Under the pieces are notes generated by a model. That model was given only the letters and a program-made list of their open reading frames with translations. It had not been told where the DNA came from and searched no databases. A program made the position numbers and the translations under genes. From the NCBI RefSeq assembly GCF_001677475.2, contig NZ_CP015229.1: 64,000 nt of DNA; one strand, written 5' to 3'. Below are positions 25,515 through 35,777 of the stretch, piece by piece. The DNA comes from Escherichia coli (GTDB lineage Bacteria; Pseudomonadota; Gammaproteobacteria; Enterobacterales; Enterobacteriaceae). Numbering within the stretch: the stretch's first letter is position 1; the number at the start of each line of letters is the position of its first letter.

Positions 25515-25661
25515 TGACGATGACGGGGCTTCGGCCCCGTCTGAACGTAAGGCAACGTAAAGATACGGGTTATCTGCCGCATTCTTCCCCCTTCTCGCTT
25601 CAATTTCGACCAGCCATCCTCTATTCTGATGGGTATTTACCACTGGTCCCGGAAGACAAAA

Positions 25662-26333
25662 ATGAAACGGACAAAATCCATACGCCACGCATCGTTCCGC
25701 AAAAACTGGAGCGCACGCCATCTGACACCAGTCGCTCTCGCGGTTGCCACTGTTTTTATGCTGGCTGGCTGTGAAAAGAGTGATGAAACAGTGTCTCTCT
25801 ATCAAAATGCTGACGACTGTTCAGCTGCAAACCCAGGCAAAAGCGCCGAATGTACCACTGCGTACAACAATGCGCTGAAAGAAGCCGAACGTACTGCGCC
25901 GAAATACGCCACCCGTGAAGACTGTGTTGCTGAATTTGGTGAAGGTCAGTGCCAGCAGGCACCAGCCCAGGCTGGTATGGCACCAGAAAACCAGGCGCAG
26001 GCCCAGCAATCCAGCGGAAGTTTCTGGATGCCGCTGATGGCCGGTTACATGATGGGGCGTCTGATGGGCGGCGGCGCGGGATTTGCACAGCAGCCGCTGT
26101 TCTCCTCGAAAAACCCAGCCAGCCCGGCTTACGGTAAATATACCGACGCGACGGGTAAAAACTATGGCGCAGCGCAGCCAGGCCGCACCATGACCGTACC
26201 GAAGACGGCAATGGCACCAAAACCGGCGACCACCACCACCGTTACTCGTGGCGGTTTTGGTGAATCTGTTGCCAAACAAAGCACTATGCAGCGTAGCGCA
26301 ACCGGCACCTCTTCTCGTTCAATGGGTGGCTGA
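25662..26333 (+). CDS. ygiB: DUF1190 lipoprotein-like protein YgiB
   Basis: Likely start at ATG 25662 (MKRTKSIRH); C-terminal Gly/Met-rich region. Confidence 0.7.
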
Positions 26334-26338
26334 TACCG

Positions 26339-27499
26339 ATGGAAAGAGTCAGTATTACCGAGCGCCCGGACTGGCGCGAAAAAGCCCACGAATACGGTTT
26401 CAATTTTCACACCATGTACGGCGAGCCGTACTGGTGTGAAGATGCTTACTACAAGTTGACCCTCGCCCAGGTTGAAAAGCTGGAAGAAGTCACCGCCGAA
26501 CTGCACCAGATGTGCCTGAAAGTGGTGGAAAAAGTGATCGCCAGCGATGAGCTGATGACCAAATTCCGCATTCCAAAACACACCTGGAGTTTTGTGCGCC
26601 AGTCATGGCTGACTCACCAGCCATCGCTTTATTCGCGTCTTGATCTGGCGTGGGATGGCACTGGCGAACCTAAACTTCTGGAAAATAACGCCGATACGCC
26701 AACGTCACTATACGAGGCGGCGTTCTTTCAGTGGATCTGGCTGGAAGATCAGCTTAACGCCGGTAACTTGCCGGAGGGCAGCGACCAGTTTAACAGTCTG
26801 CAAGAAAAACTGATCGATCGCTTCGTTGAGCTGCGTGAACAGTATGGCTTCCAGTTGCTGCATCTCACCTGCTGTCGCGACACGGTGGAAGATCGCGGAA
26901 CCATTCAGTATTTGCAGGACTGCGCGACAGAAGCTGAAATCGCTACTGAATTCCTCTACATCGACGATATCGGTTTAGGCGAAAAAGGTCAGTTCACGGA
27001 TTTACAGGACCAGGTGATTTCTAACCTGTTCAAGCTGTATCCGTGGGAATTTATGCTGCGTGAGATGTTCTCCACCAAGCTGGAGGATGCAGGCGTACGC
27101 TGGCTGGAACCGGCGTGGAAGAGCATTATCTCCAACAAAGCGCTTCTGCCGCTACTGTGGGAGATGTTCCCGAATCACCCGAATCTGCTGCCTGCTTATT
27201 TTGCGGAAGATGATCATCCGCAAATGGAAAAATATGTGGTTAAACCGATCTTCTCCCGTGAAGGCGCAAACGTGTCGATCATTGAGAACGGCAAAACCAT
27301 TGAAGCAGCGGAAGGTCCGTATGGCGAAGAAGGGATGATTGTTCAGCAATTCCACCCGTTACCGAAATTTGGCGACAGCTATATGCTGATTGGTAGCTGG
27401 CTGGTGAACGATCAACCTGCCGGAATTGGCATTCGTGAAGACCGTGCATTGATCACCCAGGATATGTCTCGGTTTTATCCACATATTTTTGTTGAATAA
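26339..27499 (+). CDS. ygiC: Glutathionylspermidine-synthase-like ATP-grasp protein YgiC
   Basis: 386 aa; position after ygiB. Confidence 0.8.
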
Positions 27500-27536
27500 G
27501 CCATGATACCGGATGGCACTCGCCATCCGGTAATTA

Positions 27537-28325
27537 TTAGCCTATCAGCACCGACAACATACTTAAACTGCCCATTTCTATACCATCGACCGGAATGGTA
27601 ATTGGCTCCTGCCCATCCCACGCACCTAAGACATACAACAACGGCAGATAGTGCTCTGGCGTTGGGTTCGATAACGCGCCACCTTCATGGTCGAGATAAT
27701 TCACCAGAGGATGCTGCTCTACCGGCCCTTGCCACGTCAGATTCGCTTTCACATACTCATTAAACGACGTCGCCCACGGATACGGTGAACTATCACCGTG
27801 CCACTTCACTGTGCGCAGGTTATGCACCACGTTACCGCTGGCGACCAACATTATTCCTTCATCCCGCAGCGCTGCCAGTTTGCGCCCCATTTCGAAATGC
27901 CAGGCAGCAGGTTTGCTACTGTCGATACTCAACTGCACCATCGGGATATCGGCGTCAGGATACATCTTAATCAGCACGCCCCACGAGCCGTGGTCAAAGC
28001 CCCAGGCTTCTTTATCCAGCGTCACCGGGACCGGCGCTAACAGCTCAACCAGATGCTGTGCCAGCGCAGGCGAACCCGGAGCAGGATAATGCGTGTCGTA
28101 CAGCGCCTGCGGGAAGCCACCAAAGTCATGAATCGTGGGCGGCGTCTCCATCGCGGTCACTCCTGTTCCACGGGTAAACCAGTGAGCCGAAACCACCACA
28201 ATCGCTTGCGGGCGTGGCAATGTCATCCCCAACTTCTGCCAGCTGCGGGTATACAAATTATCTTCCAGCACGTTCATCGGACTACCGTGACCTAAAAACA
28301 ATGCTGGCATACGTGTTGAAGACAT
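27537..28325 (-). CDS. ygiD: Extradiol (DOPA-type) ring-cleavage dioxygenase YgiD
   Basis: ORF 27537-28352; HGSP motif near N-terminus; start placement uncertain. Confidence 0.75.
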   Translation of the reverse strand: MSSTRMPALFLGHGSPMNVLEDNLYTRSWQKLGMTLPRPQAIVVVSAHWFTRGTGVTAMETPPTIHDFGGFPQALYDTHYPAPGSPALAQHLVELLAPVPVTLDKEAWGFDHGSWGVLIKMYPDADIPMVQLSIDSSKPAAWHFEMGRKLAALRDEGIMLVASGNVVHNLRTVKWHGDSSPYPWATSFNEYVKANLTWQGPVEQHPLVNYLDHEGGALSNPTPEHYLPLLYVLGAWDGQEPITIPVDGIEMGSLSMLSVLIG

Positions 28326-28467
28326 GATGATATCCTTAACTAAAGGTGTCATTTTGATATCCTCACAATACGCTTGTTTGGCGGAGTAAGAACCCGGATA
28401 ACAATGATGATGATCATCAGTTATTTTGACGATCTGCCTGAAGGTGAAGATTTATAAGGAGTTGTCG

Positions 28468-29241
28468 ATGTCAGTACCTCTCATTCTGACCATACTGGCG
28501 GGGGCAGCCACGTTTATTGGCGCGTTTCTCGGCGTTCTCGGGCAAAAACCCTCGAACCGCTTACTGGCGTTTTCGCTAGGATTTGCGGCGGGGATCATGT
28601 TGCTCATCTCATTAATGGAAATGCTTCCTGCCGCACTAGCAGCTGAAGGAATGTCGCCTGTGTTGGGTTATGGAATGTTTATCTTCGGTCTGCTTGGCTA
28701 TTTTGGCCTGGACCGCATGTTGCCACATGCGCATCCGCAGGATTTAATGCAAAAATCGGTGCAGCCGTTGCCAAAATCGATCAAGCGCACAGCCATTCTG
28801 CTCACTCTCGGCATCAGTCTGCATAACTTCCCGGAAGGGATTGCCACCTTTGTCACGGCGAGCAGCAACCTGGAGCTGGGCTTTGGCATCGCACTGGCCG
28901 TTGCGTTACACAATATTCCTGAAGGTCTGGCGGTTGCAGGCCCGGTTTACGCGGCAACGGGGTCTAAACGCACCGCGATTCTTTGGGCGGGGATTTCTGG
29001 ACTGGCAGAAATTCTTGGTGGTGTGCTGGCGTGGTTAATCCTCGGTAGCATGATTTCCCCGGTGGTCATGGCGGCAATCATGGCGGCGGTTGCAGGAATT
29101 ATGGTGGCGCTCTCGGTTGATGAATTAATGCCGCTCGCCAAAGAGATTGACCCTAATAATAACCCCAGCTATGGCGTACTATGTGGAATGTCAGTGATGG
29201 GATTCAGTTTAGTGCTGCTACAAACGGCGGGAATTGGTTAA
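28468..29241 (+). CDS. zupT: Zinc transporter ZupT (ZIP family)
   Basis: 257 aa from ATG 28468 ([16 protein letters not shown]); histidine-containing TM helices. Confidence 0.85.
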
Positions 29242-29298
29242 AAGCAACATCAGAAGTTGTCCAGCGCATGGACAACTTCTGCCAGCTTCACTAAAGCC

Positions 29299-29469
29299 TT
29301 ATTCTACCTTTTCGGCTGTCTCTTCTCTCGTACTGTTTAAGTATTTGTTCCGCGCTTCAAGCAGTGCGTCTCTGTCCTGGCGAAACGCCCGACAATAACG
29401 TTTCAAATGCAGGAAATAACCCACAACAACAAGAGCAATCAATACAATCCAGTACCAGGCGATAAACAT
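29299..29469 (-). CDS. Small single-pass membrane protein (hypothetical)
   Basis: ORF 29299-29493; hydrophobic N-terminal helix then charged tail; start uncertain. Confidence 0.35.
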   Translation of the reverse strand: MFIAWYWIVLIALVVVGYFLHLKRYCRAFRQDRDALLEARNKYLNSTREETAEKVE

Positions 29470-29730
29470 CCTTTTACCCTTAATATTTAACAATACTAAA
29501 CATTTAGCGCATAAATTTCACATATCCTTTTTCGGATATATTCATATGGTCGCATAATAACGGAACAATTATATGATTTTGATCATAATGAAAAAGAATG
29601 CCTGATATTAATGAAATTTTCTCATAGAAAGAGAAGCGGAATTAACATCTTGCATAGCAGGGAAAAATAAAAACCGAAGCCTGCTACAACTTCGGTTTCT
29701 TGATTAAGGCAGTAAATTAAGCAGCGGTTT

Positions 29731-30384
29731 TCAGCTGGCTTTACGCTCATGTGCCTGACGATATGCCACCAGGTCTTCAATAGTCACGAGCGCCATATTG
29801 TGTTTATTGGCAAACTCAATGCACTCTGGTGCACGCGCCATCGTGCCATCGTCATTAGTCAGCTCACACAGCACACCAGCCGGTTTAAAGCCTGCCAGCG
29901 TCATTAGATCAATAGTTGCCTCAGTATGACCGCCACGCGTCAGTACACCACCAGCCTGAGCGCGGAGTGGGAAAACGTGGCCCGGGCGATTCAGATCAGA
30001 AGGTTTTGCGCCATCGGCAATCGCTGCGCGAACGGTCGTAATACGGTCAGCGGCAGAAACACCGGTAGTCACACCTTCAGCCGCTTCAATGGTCACGGTA
30101 AAACCGGTGCCATAGGCGCTGGTGTTATTTTCTACCATCATTGGCAGATCGAGTTGTTTACGGCGATCTTCAGTAATGCACAGGCAAACAATACCGCTAC
30201 CGTGGCGAATGGTCAGCGCCATCTGCTCAACGGTCATGGTTTCTGCCGGGAAGATCATATCACCTTCGTTTTCACGGTCTTCATCATCAAGCACCATCAC
30301 ACCGCGTCCTTCACGCAGTGCAGCCAGTGCATTTTCAACACGTTCGAAAGGCGTACCAAAAGAGGAAAGTAGCGTCTGATTCAT
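29731..30384 (-). CDS. ribB: 3,4-dihydroxy-2-butanone-4-phosphate synthase
   Basis: 217 aa; RENEGD motif. Confidence 0.9.
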   Translation of the reverse strand: MNQTLLSSFGTPFERVENALAALREGRGVMVLDDEDRENEGDMIFPAETMTVEQMALTIRHGSGIVCLCITEDRRKQLDLPMMVENNTSAYGTGFTVTIEAAEGVTTGVSAADRITTVRAAIADGAKPSDLNRPGHVFPLRAQAGGVLTRGGHTEATIDLMTLAGFKPAGVLCELTNDDGTMARAPECIEFANKHNMALVTIEDLVAYRQAHERKAS

Positions 30385-30419
30385 GGTAAAAAAACCTCAC
30401 TAAAATTATGGTTACCAGA

Positions 30420-30645
30420 ATCAGGGCAGTCTTAGGAGTGGCGGCATATAGCCAAAATAACGTGAGCGGGTCCATGCCCGACAGAATCGTTACTCTCTCC
30501 CATCCGGACTCTAACCGTCGGCCCCGGAATTACACCGGATCTGCTGTCCTTTGAGTTCGCACCCAAAGCGCTCGCGGGCTTTCAACTGAGTTGATTTACC
30601 GCCGGTGGGGAATTTCGCCCCGCCCTGAGAATAAGCGGATTCACT
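30420..30645 (-). promoter_or_regulatory. FMN riboswitch (RFN element) in the ribB leader
   Basis: Reverse strand contains GGGGCGAAATTCCCCACCGGCGGTAAA ... CCGGGGCCGACGGTTAGAGTCCGGATGGGAGAG, the conserved RFN aptamer blocks, just upstream of ribB. Confidence 0.8.
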
Positions 30646-30757
30646 ATAACGCTAATGATTAGCGGCAGCAACGCATAGCTTCACATAATTCTGGTTTATG
30701 ACTTACCCTTATCGCACTACAATGGCACTCAACACCTATCAGTACAGGGAAACTACA

Positions 30758-31057
30758 ATGATTGACCCGAAAAAAATTGAGCAAATCGCTCGCCAGGTTC
30801 ACGAATCAATGCCTAAAGGAATCAGGGAGTTCGGGGAAGATGTGGAGAAAAAAATCCGCCAAACCCTACAAGCACAGCTGACGCGTCTCGATCTGGTGAG
30901 CCGCGAAGAATTCGACGTACAGACGCAAGTCCTGTTACGGACTCGTGAAAAACTAGCTTTACTGGAGCAGCGCATCAGTGAACTGGAAGCGCGCAATAAT
31001 TCGGTAGCAGATCTTCAATCTCCTCCGGCTATCCCGCCTATTGATAAAGCAGAATAA
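30758..31057 (+). CDS. ubiK: Ubiquinone biosynthesis accessory factor UbiK (YqiC)
   Basis: Start at ATG 30758 ([16 protein letters not shown]); coiled-coil small protein. Confidence 0.75.
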   Translation: MIDPKKIEQIARQVHESMPKGIREFGEDVEKKIRQTLQAQLTRLDLVSREEFDVQTQVLLRTREKLALLEQRISELEARNNSVADLQSPPAIPPIDKAE

Positions 31058-31065
31058 AGCAACAC

Positions 31066-31088
31066 AAAAACGGGCCAGACGGCCCGTA
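31066..31088 (-). terminator. Rho-independent terminator downstream of glgS
   Basis: Reverse strand CGGGCCGTCTGGCCCG followed by TTTTT. Confidence 0.55.
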
Positions 31089-31091
31089 ATA

Positions 31092-31292
31092 TCAGTGTTC
31101 TAATTCAAGTTCTCTGGTTTGCATCATCTGTTGACAATACCAGGCATAACGTGCGCAAAACCAGGTTCTATGTTCTTCATCCATGTTACCAGTAACGGCC
31201 AAAATATCGACCGGGCGACCTTCTGCGTGCATTCTGGCAAAACTACGCGCGAGAAAATCGAAATTATTTAAAGAATTAAGACTATGATCCAT
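31092..31292 (-). CDS. glgS: Surface composition regulator GlgS
   Basis: 66 aa [21 protein letters not shown]... Confidence 0.85.
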
Positions 31293-31560
31293 AAGCACAT
31301 CCTCCGGTTATTGCATACCTTTTAAGGCCATATGCTTTTTCTGATTTCAGTATTCCCCAATCAGTGTAGTGCCTTTAAACATAACGTGCGTAAATATATT
31401 GTCCCCGATCACACTTTTTAGTGAAAAATAAAAAACCATATTAAAAGACTTTCTCTTCCAGAACTTCTCTAACATGTGTTATTATTAACAAAGATAAATG
31501 TAAGCAAGGAAACTATCCCAAAGTAAATATTGCGTCACTAAATGGACATTGGAGTGACAT

Positions 31561-32190
31561 ATGATTTTATTCGCCGACTATAATACCCCTTATCTTTTCG
31601 CTATTTCCTTTGTACTGTTGATCGGCCTTTTAGAAATTTTAGCGCTTATCTGCGGTCACATGCTCTCCGGTGCTCTTGATGCACATCTTGACCATTATGA
31701 TTCCATAACCACAGGTCATATTAGCCAGGCACTTCATTATCTCAATATCGGAAGATTGCCAGCTCTCGTCGTTCTATGCTTGCTGGCTGGTTTTTTTGGT
31801 CTTATTGGCATCCTGTTGCAGCATGCCTGCATCATGTTCTGGCAATCACCACTGTCGAACCTGTTCGTGGTTCCTGTCAGTTTTCTGTTTACGATTATTG
31901 CGGTGCATTATACCGGTAAAATAGTTGCGCCCTGGATTCCACGCGACCATAGTTCAGCTATTACAGAAGAAGAATATATTGGTAGCATGGCGTTAATTAC
32001 CGGTCATCAGGCCACTTCAGGTAATCCCTGCGAAGGAAAACTCACCGATCAATTTGGCCAAATACATTATTTACTACTGGAGCCTGAAGAAGGAAAAATT
32101 TTCACTAAAGGAGACAAAGTGTTAATTATTTGCCGACTTTCTGCAACGCGATATTTGGCGGAAAACAATCCCTGGCCCCAAATATTGTAA
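31561..32190 (+). CDS. yqiJ: Inner-membrane protein YqiJ (DUF1449)
   Basis: 209 aa; multi-TM; upstream of the flotillin-like gene. Confidence 0.75.
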   Translation: MILFADYNTPYLFAISFVLLIGLLEILALICGHMLSGALDAHLDHYDSITTGHISQALHYLNIGRLPALVVLCLLAGFFGLIGILLQHACIMFWQSPLSNLFVVPVSFLFTIIAVHYTGKIVAPWIPRDHSSAITEEEYIGSMALITGHQATSGNPCEGKLTDQFGQIHYLLLEPEEGKIFTKGDKVLIICRLSATRYLAENNPWPQIL

Positions 32191-32216
32191 TTTATTAATC
32201 AAAAGGAAATTTAATA

Positions 32217-33878
32217 ATGGATGATATTGTTAATTCTGTGCCCTCCTGGATGTTTACCGCAATTATTGCCGTATGCATTCTGTTTATTATTGGAATTATT
32301 TTCGCCAGGCTCTATCGTCGCGCTTCGGCAGAGCAAGCTTTTGTTCGTACTGGTTTAGGTGGGCAAAAAGTGGTAATGAGCGGTGGCGCAATCGTGATGC
32401 CGATCTTTCATGAAATAATCCCCATCAATATGAATACCCTGAAGCTGGAAGTCAGCCGCTCAACCATTGATAGCCTGATTACGAAAGATCGTATGCGCGT
32501 CGATGTAGTAGTCGCTTTCTTTGTGCGGGTAAAACCTTCAGTAGAAGGGATTGCCACCGCCGCCCAGACGCTGGGGCAACGCACCCTGTCGCCTGAAGAC
32601 TTACGTATGTTGGTTGAAGATAAATTTGTCGATGCCCTCCGTGCAACAGCTGCGCAAATGACCATGCATGAGTTACAGGATACCCGCGAGAACTTCGTGC
32701 AGGGAGTACAAAATACCGTAGCTGAAGATCTGTCGAAAAACGGCCTGGAACTGGAAAGCGTTTCACTTACCAACTTTAACCAGACGTCGAAAGAACATTT
32801 CAATCCTAACAACGCCTTTGACGCCGAAGGTTTAACCAAGCTGACGCAGGAGACGGAGCGCCGTCGTCGCGAACGTAACGAAGTTGAACAGGATGTAGAA
32901 GTTGCGGTGCGTGAGAAAAACCGTGATGCGCTTTCGCGGAAGCTGGAGATTGAACAACAAGAAGCGTTTATGACGCTTGAACAGGAGCAGCAGGTTAAAA
33001 CCCGTACCGCTGAGCAGAATGCGAAAATTGCAGCTTTTGAGGCCGAGCGTCGTCGGGAAGCAGAGCAGACGCGTATTCTGGCTGAACGACAGATTCAGGA
33101 AACAGAAATCGACCGCGAACAGGCCGTCCGCTCAAGAAAAGTTGAAGCTGAACGTGAAGTTCGCATTAAAGAGATCGAACAGCAGCAGGTCACCGAAATC
33201 GCTAACCAGACGAAATCGATCGCTATTGCCGCCAAATCGGAACAACAGTCCCAGGCAGAAGCGCGTGCTAATCTCGCACTTGCAGAAGCGGTAAGCGCCC
33301 AACAAAACGTAGAAACCACTCGCCAGACTGCCGAAGCCGATCGTGCTAAACAAGTTGCCCTAATCGCTGCCGCGCAGGATGCAGAAACCAAAGCGGTTGA
33401 ACTGACCGTGCGGGCGAAAGCAGAAAAAGAAGCCGCAGAGATGCAGGCGGCGGCTATCGTTGAGTTAGCCGAAGCTACACGTAAAAAGGGTCTGGCGGAA
33501 GCAGAAGCACAACGTGCGCTGAACGATGCTATCAACGTACTTTCTGATGAACAAACCAGCCTTAAATTCAAACTGGCCTTGTTGCAGGCGCTACCTGCGG
33601 TAATAGAGAAATCCGTTGAGCCGATGAAGTCTATCGACGGCATCAAGATTATTCAGGTCGATGGATTAAACCGAGGTGGTGCTGCGGGGAATGCGGCATC
33701 AGGCAGCGTTAGTGGCGGAAACCTGGCAGAACAGGCATTGTCTGCCGCCCTTTCTTACCGCACACAGGCACCACTGATTGACTCCTTGCTCAATGAAATC
33801 GGTGTTTCAGGCGGCTCACTGACGGCATTGACCTCACCCTTAACCTCAACAACTCCCGTCGAAGAAAAAGCAGAGTAA
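32217..33878 (+). CDS. yqiK: Flotillin/band-7 (SPFH) family protein YqiK
   Basis: 553 aa; N-terminal TM, SPFH domain, long Ala/Glu-rich coiled coil. Confidence 0.8.
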   Translation: MDDIVNSVPSWMFTAIIAVCILFIIGIIFARLYRRASAEQAFVRTGLGGQKVVMSGGAIVMPIFHEIIPINMNTLKLEVSRSTIDSLITKDRMRVDVVVAFFVRVKPSVEGIATAAQTLGQRTLSPEDLRMLVEDKFVDALRATAAQMTMHELQDTRENFVQGVQNTVAEDLSKNGLELESVSLTNFNQTSKEHFNPNNAFDAEGLTKLTQETERRRRERNEVEQDVEVAVREKNRDALSRKLEIEQQEAFMTLEQEQQVKTRTAEQNAKIAAFEAERRREAEQTRILAERQIQETEIDREQAVRSRKVEAEREVRIKEIEQQQVTEIANQTKSIAIAAKSEQQSQAEARANLALAEAVSAQQNVETTRQTAEADRAKQVALIAAAQDAETKAVELTVRAKAEKEAAEMQAAAIVELAEATRKKGLAEAEAQRALNDAINVLSDEQTSLKFKLALLQALPAVIEKSVEPMKSIDGIKIIQVDGLNRGGAAGNAASGSVSGGNLAEQALSAALSYRTQAPLIDSLLNEIGVSGGSLTALTSPLTSTTPVEEKAE

Positions 33879-34039
33879 ACCCTCTTCTAGGAATAATCCC
33901 TGGCCCAAAAAGCCGGGGATTTTTTATATCTGCGTTCCGCTAAAAAGTGTAAATGATCAGGTTGTTGCAGCGTTTTGCGTGACTGCTCGGGGAAGGCAAA
34001 ACTGCATCAGAGAAAGCATTGCGCGGGGTCTGGCGCTCA

Positions 34040-34190
34040 TCAACAATCGGGGAGTCAGTAAGGGGCTGAAACGGGAAAGCCCCTCCCGAAGAAGGGGCCT
34101 TATAGAAGGAAAGGGTTATGATGAAGTTCGTCATCATACTGATTGTGTTGTTACTGTTAAGTTTCCCGACTTACTAACAACTCATCAGAG
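34040..34190 (-). ncRNA. Sib-type antisense sRNA (antitoxin) overlapping the ibs ORF; boundaries approximate
   Basis: Inferred from the ibs ORF and flanking hairpins; ends cannot be fixed from sequence alone. Confidence 0.4.
34118..34177 (+). CDS. Ibs-type type I toxin peptide (19 aa, MMKFVIILIVLLLLSFPTY)
   Basis: Short hydrophobic ORF with upstream GGAAAGGG RBS; hallmark of ibs/sib loci in the yqiK-hldE intergenic region. Confidence 0.65.
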   Translation: MMKFVIILIVLLLLSFPTY

Positions 34191-34296
34191 GGGGGAGAAA
34201 TCCTCCCTTACCCTTGTTCCTTTACTTTAGGTTGAAAAAAAAACAGCGTCAATAGATCTGCCTGCTACGAAGCGAGATCTGTGAAGCGCTTTCCGG

Positions 34297-35730
34297 TTAG
34301 CCTTTTTTATCCTGTTGGATCTTCTTGATAATATTAGTGGTCGAGCAACCGTCTTCAAAGTTGAGCACCAACACTTCGCCGCCGTTGGCCCAGACTTCTT
34401 TACTCCCGGCAATCTCTTCTGGTTTATAATCGCCGCCTTTCACCAGCAGGTCTGGCAGGATACCGGCGATCAAGCGCTGCGGCGTGTCTTCTTCAAACGA
34501 CACCACCCAGTCGACCGCTTCCAGTGCGCCCAGCACAATCATACGCTGTTCGAGCGGGTTAACGGGGCGGGAATCCCCTTTCAGCCGTTTGGTGGAGGCA
34601 TCGCTGTTGACGGCGACAATCAAACGGTCACCCAGTTTACGGGCATTTGCCAGATAAGAGACGTGTCCGGCGTGCAGGATGTCAAAGACGCCATTGGTCA
34701 TCACCACTTTTTCACCGCGTTTACGCGCTGCCGCTACAGCAAGCTTCAGTTCCTCTTCGGTCATCACGCCAAAGCCGGTATCTGCACGTCCACGTACTGC
34801 GTTTTCCAGCTCGATCGGCGAAACCGTGGATGTCCCCAGTTTGCCGACCACCACACCAGCCGCCGCATTGGCAAAGAAGCAGGCTTCTTCCAGCGAATTA
34901 CCCGCTGCCAGCGTTGCCGCCAGGACACCAATCACCGTGTCGCCCGCACCGGTAACGTCATACACTTCCTGCGCCTGAGTTGGCATATGCAGCGGTGCTT
35001 TACCCGGTTGCAGCAGCGACATACCCTGTTCGGAACGGGTCACTAACAGAGCCGAGAGTTCGTAATCGGCAATCAGTTTCATGCCGCGCTCAACAATCTC
35101 TTCTTCGGTCTTACATTTACCGACAACAGCTTCAAATTCCGAGAGATTCGGCGTTAACAGCGTAGCGCCGCGGTAGCGCTCAAAATCGGTACCTTTTGGA
35201 TCAATCAGCACCGGAACACCCGCTTTACGCGCCAGTTGGATCATCTGCTGTACGCTTGCCAGCGCACCTTTGGCGTAGTCAGAAAGCACCAGCGCGCCAA
35301 TCGAACTCAGTGCCTGATTAATCCGCTCGTGCAGCGGCTGCGGATCAACCCCTTCAAAACCTTCTTCGAAATCCAGGCGGATCAGCTGTTGGTTACGGGA
35401 AAGCACTCGCAGTTTGGTAATAGTCGGATGCGTCGGTACAGAAACGAAGTCGCATTTTACGTTGACGTCCGCCAGTGATTTACTCAGCGCACGCGCCGCA
35501 TCATCAATACCGGTCAACCCGACCAGGCGAGCGTTAGCACCAAGAGAAGCGATGTTCATCGCCACGTTGGCTGCGCCGCCCGGACGTTCTTCAATGGTAT
35601 TAACTTTAACCACGGGCACCGGCGCTTCCGGCGAGATACGGCTGGTGGGACCGTACCAGTAACGATCCAGCATCACATCACCAACCACCATCACTCCTGC
35701 ACGTTCAAACTCTGGCAGCGTTACTTTCAT
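34297..35730 (-). CDS. hldE: Bifunctional heptose 7-phosphate kinase / heptose 1-phosphate adenylyltransferase
   Basis: 477 aa; N-terminal sugar kinase and C-terminal cytidylyltransferase-like domains. Confidence 0.9.
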
Positions 35731-35777
35731 TCCTGTCTCCTGAGAGATTCAAAATTTGCGCGCGATAATATCACACT

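Noticed and set aside
32900-33650. Ala/Glu-rich repetitive coding stretch
   Set aside because: This is the coiled-coil segment of the flotillin-like YqiK protein; the overlapping antisense ORFs (183 aa, 73 aa) are artefacts.
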